Source: Macrostomum lignano
Lineage: Eukaryota
Length of the DNA: 64,000 nt
Assembly (NCBI GenBank): GCA_002269645.1
Contig: NIVC01002574.1
Span: 1-64,000 of the forward strand
Reading direction: 5' to 3'
In this document: in pieces, positions 59,201 through 64,000 of the stretch
Layout: each line of letters opens with the position of its first letter
How positions within the stretch are numbered: the stretch's first letter is position 1
Notes under the pieces: generated by a model
What the model saw: the letters and a program-made list of their open reading frames with translations, nothing else
Database searches by the model: none
What the model was told of the DNA's origin: nothing
Translations under genes and position numbers: made by a program

Positions 59201-62200
59201 CCAGCGACACTGAAGATATATATGTACATTAGCCAAGCGCCACTGAAGAGGTACATGTACATTAGCCAGCGCCACTGAAGAGGTACATGTACATGACAGC
59301 TTTAGACTGGAACACCGAGAACGGCAAATTCATTAGAAATTCATTGTGTTGTCCTGTGTCTCCGCATTTATGTACAAAACATAACCTGCTCATCCTCAGG
59401 TGCATCGAGATGCTGTGCACCAGAGATCACGGCCTAATTAACAGTGTCGACAGCGACGGCAACTCGGTTCTGCACTACGCCCGCGAGAAGGAGATCACCT
59501 ACACCCTGTGCCACTATCCGCAGATCAATAAGAACTTGGTCAATACCAAGGGCGAGACGCCGCTGCACTCCGTGATCATCGAGATGTACAAGACCACCGA
59601 TAAGAAGAAGAAGGAAGACTACCTGGATGTGATCATGACTCTGCTAGTGCTCGAGGCCGATGCTAGCATACCTAATATTGAGGGCGAGACTCCTCTGCAC
59701 TCTGCCGTTCGGGTGAGTTTAATCATCCCCATATTAGGAGATTTCATTCACTTATCCTCTGAGCGAAGTTAATTCCATTGAATCCTTCAGAATCTCCCCA
59801 GTCTCATCCCATGGAATCTCTCACGAATCTTTCTATTTTCATCCCACAGAATCCCTTAAGAATCTCCCCATTTTATCCCACAGAATCCCTCACAAATCTC
59901 CCCATTTTCATCCCACAGAATCCCTTACGCGCTCGTAAGAATCTCCCCAGTCTCATCCCACAGAATCTCCCCAGTCTCATCCCACAGAATCTCCCCAGTC
60001 TCATCCCACAGAATCCCTCATAAATCTCCCCATTTTCATCCCACAGAATCTCCCCAGTCTCATCCCACAGAATCTCCCCAGTCTAATCCCACAGAATCCC
60101 TCACGAATCTCCCCATTTTCATCCCACAGAATCTCCCCAGTCTCATCCCACAGAATCCCTCACGAATCTCCCCATTTTCATCCCACAGAATCTCCCCAGT
60201 CTTATCCCAGAGAATCCCCGAGAATCTCCCCAGTATTATCCCACAGAATCCCCCAAGAATCTCCCCAGTCCCATCCCACAGAATCCCTCACGAATCTCCT
60301 GGTTCATCTCATAAAATCCCTTTAGAATATTTCCATTTAGTTTCATCCCTGAATTCGCATTTTCTTACTTATTCTGGCACTCTTTCGGGTTGCGCATTCA
60401 TAATTATGCTAAACATTTGTTCCAGACTCGCAACGTTGACGTAGTGCGCGCTCTAATCGTATTCGAAGCGGACGTTAACTGTCTGAATAAGCGAGGCCAG
60501 ACTCCCAGGCACATCTTGTCTAGCGAAGAGGAGGGTCAGCCAGCTTTCGGGTCTGTTTGCTGCGTTCAGTACCTTCAACAGCATTAATTTTATTTAAAAT
60601 AGCTGGCACCTTAATCTGTAATCACTGTTTTGTTCTTTGCAGAATTTTGCCCTACTTCCGTACCAGCACCCGGGATCGGTGAGCGCTGTTTCAATCTTGA
60701 TCTGAGGGCATTGAAATCTCTGTTTTTACATATATGAAAAGGACTATTCAATTCGCAGATCTAATATACTGAAAATGAATAATTGAAGTTCTAAAGATGA
60801 GATTTGCAGATTGGGTTCTAATAGGGTGAGATTTTGTAGATTGAGTTCTTATAGGGCGGGATTTTGCAGATTGAATTCTTTTAGGGTGAGATTTTGCAGA
60901 TTGAGTTCTAATAGGGTGAGTTTTTGCAGATTGAATTCTTTTAGGGTGAGATTTTGCAGATTGAGTTCTAATAGGGTGAGATTTTGTAGATTGAGTTCTC
61001 ATAGGGTGAGATTTCTCAGATTGAGTTCTCATAGGGTGAGATTTCTCAGATTGAGTTCTTATGGGGTTAGATTTTGCAGTTGGGGTTCTTATGGGGTGAG
61101 ATTTTGCAGATTGAGTTCTCATAGGGTGAGATTTCTCAGATTGAGTTCTCATAGGGTGAGATTTCTCAGATTGAGTTCTTATGGGGTGAGATTTTGCAGA
61201 TTGAGTTCTTATGGGGTGAGATTTTGCAGATTGAGTTCTTATGGGGTGAGATTTTGAAGATTGAACTCTTATAGGGTGAGATTTTGCAGATTGAGTTCTT
61301 ATGGGTGAGATTTTGAAGATTGAGTTCTCATAGGGTGAGATTTCTCAGATTGAGTTCTCATAGGGTGAGATTTCTCAGATTGAGTTCTCATAGGGTGAGA
61401 TTTCTCAGATTGAGTTCTCATAGGGTGAGATTTCGAAGATTGAGTTCTTAGGGGGAGATTTAGCATAAGGTTTATCGATTTTAAAATTCATAGACTTTAA
61501 GAAACTGTTCACATCACATTCTCACGCAGCGACGTGCTGATCTACACTCTTCACATGGTCGGCGCCAACCGCTGCTCCAGCAGCACCTCCGGCTGCGGTG
61601 ACGGCTGCCACTACCGTGGCAAGAACAATGGCACAGTGCCTGAGGCCTGTAAAATACCCGAGCTTGAGTCGCACTCGCCCGAGCCCGCTCCGAAATCGAA
61701 TCCGTTGAGCGGCGCCTCAGCTGTTGCCTTGTTGAAGCGACTGGACAGCAGTCGGTCCAGCTCCGGCGGTGTCAACTTTCGCAACTCCTCGTCCAGCAGC
61801 TTGAACAGCGGCGGGAACGCGTCAGCCAGCGGTGGCGAGCAGCAGTCGCCTAGCGAACCGTGCGTCTACCTGGCGGAGTCGGCCAGCAGTCACAACATTC
61901 TGGCTAACGCCACCACTGCCAGCGTCGATGTGCCCGACAGTAGCGAAAGTGACGACGCTTCGCTGGCGTTGGACAACGCCGAAGGCGACACCCTGCTCTG
62001 CCTGGACGGCGGCGGCATTCGCGGCCTCATTCTGGCGCAGCTGATGCGGGCTATCGAGCGCCGGCTTATTCAACACGAGCAGCAGCCGCAGGCGCAGCTT
62101 GTTGACTATTTTGACTGGGTGTCCGGCACCAGCACCGGCGCAATCTGCGCGTTGGCTCTGGGCGTTGGCAAAACTGCCGCATTTGGCCGCTGTCTGTATT

Positions 62201-64000
62201 TGAAGCTGAAGGATCGAATGTTTCAGGTACGACAGTGCTGCATTCTGAATGAGTCTAGGATCCTGGATGAGTCAAGGATCCTGGATGAGTCAAGGACCCT
62301 GGATGAGTCTAGGACCCTAAATGAGTCTAGAACCCTAAATGATTCCAGGACCCCGAATGAGTCTGGGACCCTAAATGAGTCTATAGGACCCTGGATGAAT
62401 CTAGGACCCTAAATGAGTCTATAGGACCCCAAAGGAGTCTAAGACCCTAAATGAGTCTATAGGACCCTGGATGAATCTAGGACCCTGAAAAATGAGTCTA
62501 GGACCCTAAATGATTCCAGGACCCCGAATGAGTCTGGGACCCTAAATGAGTCTAGGACCCTGAATGAGTGTAGGACCCCGAATGAGTCTAGGACCCTAAA
62601 TGAGTCTAGGACCCTGGATGAGTCTAGGACCCTAAATAAGTCTATAGGACCCCAAAGGAGTATAAGACCCTAAATGAGTCTATAGGACCCTGGATGAATC
62701 TAGGACCCTGAAAAATGAGTCTAGGACCCTAAATGAGTCAAGGACCCCGAATGAGTCTAGGACCCTAGATGAGTCTAGGACCCTAAATGAGTCTAGGACC
62801 CTAAATGAGTCTAGGACCTTGGATGAGTCTAGAACTTTTGTCGCATTACTGTGCTGTACTACTAATTACTACTATGTTAATTGTAACGTAGTTGATTTGA
62901 TTCCTACATATCGGCAGGGCTCGCGTCCCTACGCAGCCGACTTCCTGGAGCAGACGCTGCAAGAGATGTTTGGCGAGAACACCGTAATGACTGACATCCC
63001 GCTGAGTCGCTGCGGCATCATGGTGCACGCCCTGCTAGCTGACAGATTCCCGCCGCTGCTGCACACTTTCCGCAACTACGATCCGCCTTTGCCCGACCCT
63101 AAGCCGCTCAAGTCTTCGCCTGAGGTGGCCGTCTGCCGGCCCGAGGATCAGCTGGTCTGGCGGGCGGCCAGATCTTCCGGTGCGGCGCCGACATTCTTCA
63201 AATCCTGCGATCAGTACCTGGACGGCGGGCTGGTGGCTAACAACCCCACCCTGGATGCCCTGACTGAGGTCAGCTGTGCTCTATTCTTGCTTCTGTTTGC
63301 TTGCAGTGAATCAGTGAGTGAGTGAGTGAGTGAGTGAGTGAGTGGGTGGGTGAGTGAGTGAGTGGGTGGGTGAGTGAGTGAGTGAATGGGTGAGTGCGTG
63401 AGTGGGTGAGTGAGTGAGTGAGTGGGTGGGTGAGTGAGTGAGTGAATGGGTAAGTGAGTGAGTGGATGAGTGAGGGAATGAGTGAGTGAGGGAGTGAGGG
63501 AGGGGCAGCAATCTATCCGAGGATATTGCAGCCAAGCAAAGCATCTCCACAATTTTCCTGTTCCCTCCCATTTCCCTCCCCGCAGCTGACCGCCTACTAC
63601 AAGAAGAACTATAACCAGCTGCCAAAGCTGCGCTGCGTTGTATCTCTGGGCACTGGCCGAATCCCAGTGATCCCAATCTCCAACCGTGACGTGTTCATGC
63701 CATCCAATCCGGCCCAGCTGTTGCAGACTTTCCGCGGCATGAACAGCCTGGCCCAGATCATGGTTGAGCAGGCCACCAGCGCCGATTATCAGACTGTACG
63801 CCGGGCCCAGGCCTGGTGCGACTGTCTCGGCGCCCGCTATTACCGACTGTCGCCGCCAATCTCGGCGGACATACCCCTAGACTGCAAGAGTACGTCAATA
63901 TTGATCCAGATGCTTTGGGAGACCGAAGTCTACCTGGCTAGGAGTACGGACAAGCTCGACCAGCTGGTTCGAGTGCTCACAGCGCCGCACAGGGCGGCTA
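56209..64000 (+). CDS. PLA2G6: Calcium-independent phospholipase A2 beta (ankyrin repeats plus patatin domain), 3' end beyond the window
   Basis: Exons 56209-56300, 56396-56506, 57143-57542, 58173-58366, 59400-59712, 60426-60550, 60643-60678, 61530-62226, 62918-63268 and 63586-end, with phases that close. Ankyrin motifs, [15 protein letters not shown] and YLDGG. Confidence 0.95.
56575..57095. repeat. 23-bp purine-rich minisatellite in PLA2G6 intron 2
   Basis: Unit GAGAGATGCTGGAGGTGGGAAGG. Confidence 0.97.
57550..58138. repeat. Compound (GACT)/(CACT) microsatellite in PLA2G6 intron 3
   Basis: Starts a few bases after the donor GTGAGC. Confidence 0.97.
58566..59310. mobile_element. Diverged MITE-family relative with an internal 32-bp tandem array (58740-59292) in PLA2G6 intron 4
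   Basis: Flanks resemble the 11.7 kb copy (CTACTTTCAGTT.AGTAGCAAG...CAGCTTTAGACTGGAA). Array unit ACATGTACATTAGCCAGCGCCACTGAAGAGGT. Confidence 0.75.
59790..60310. repeat. About 24-bp minisatellite in PLA2G6 intron 5
   Basis: Unit ATCCCACAGAATCTCCCCAGTCTC with variants. Confidence 0.95.
60795..61460. repeat. 30-bp minisatellite in PLA2G6 intron 7
   Basis: Unit GAGATTTTGCAGATTGAGTTCT(T/C)ATAGGGT. Confidence 0.97.
62245..62832. repeat. 18-bp minisatellite in PLA2G6 intron 8
   Basis: Unit ATGAGTCTAGGACCCT(AA/GG). Confidence 0.96.
63305..63495. repeat. (GTGA)n/(GTGG) microsatellite in PLA2G6 intron 9
   Basis: GTGAGTGAGTGAG run. Confidence 0.96.

Overview
Eukaryotic (metazoan) genomic DNA with spliceosomal GT-AG introns. 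There are no prokaryotic features, CRISPR arrays or rRNA. The gene style (GC-rich exons, minisatellite-filled introns, an ESPAK-type acetylcholine receptor) suggests a lophotrochozoan, possibly a free-living flatworm such as Macrostomum; this is inference only. Seven spliced host genes can be assembled by hand: an AK5-like double adenylate-kinase-fold gene (+, with a frameshift and degenerate P-loops), a nicotinic-type Cys-loop subunit with an anion-selective M2 signature (+), KDM2 JmjC-CXXC-PHD without F-box/LRR (-), ILRUN/C6orf106-like (+), two tandem RRM-Tudor genes (+), and iPLA2beta/PLA2G6 (+, runs off the window end). The middle (about 21.5-39.6 kb) is a transposon island: Gypsy fragments, an RTE-like LINE end, a piggyBac remnant, a short P-superfamily element (CATG ends, 153-bp TIRs, 8-bp TSD, THAP remnant), a Crypton-type tyrosine recombinase, a TIR-bounded unit holding a Gypsy 5' half, and an almost CpG-free block. 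Nearly every long intron holds its own tandem array, several built from splice-signal-like words. Most long ORFs in the supplied track are artefacts of these arrays. I did not find an unambiguous new multi-gene system; the best leads are ranked in the findings. All alignments were done by eye from remembered family motifs, with no database searches.
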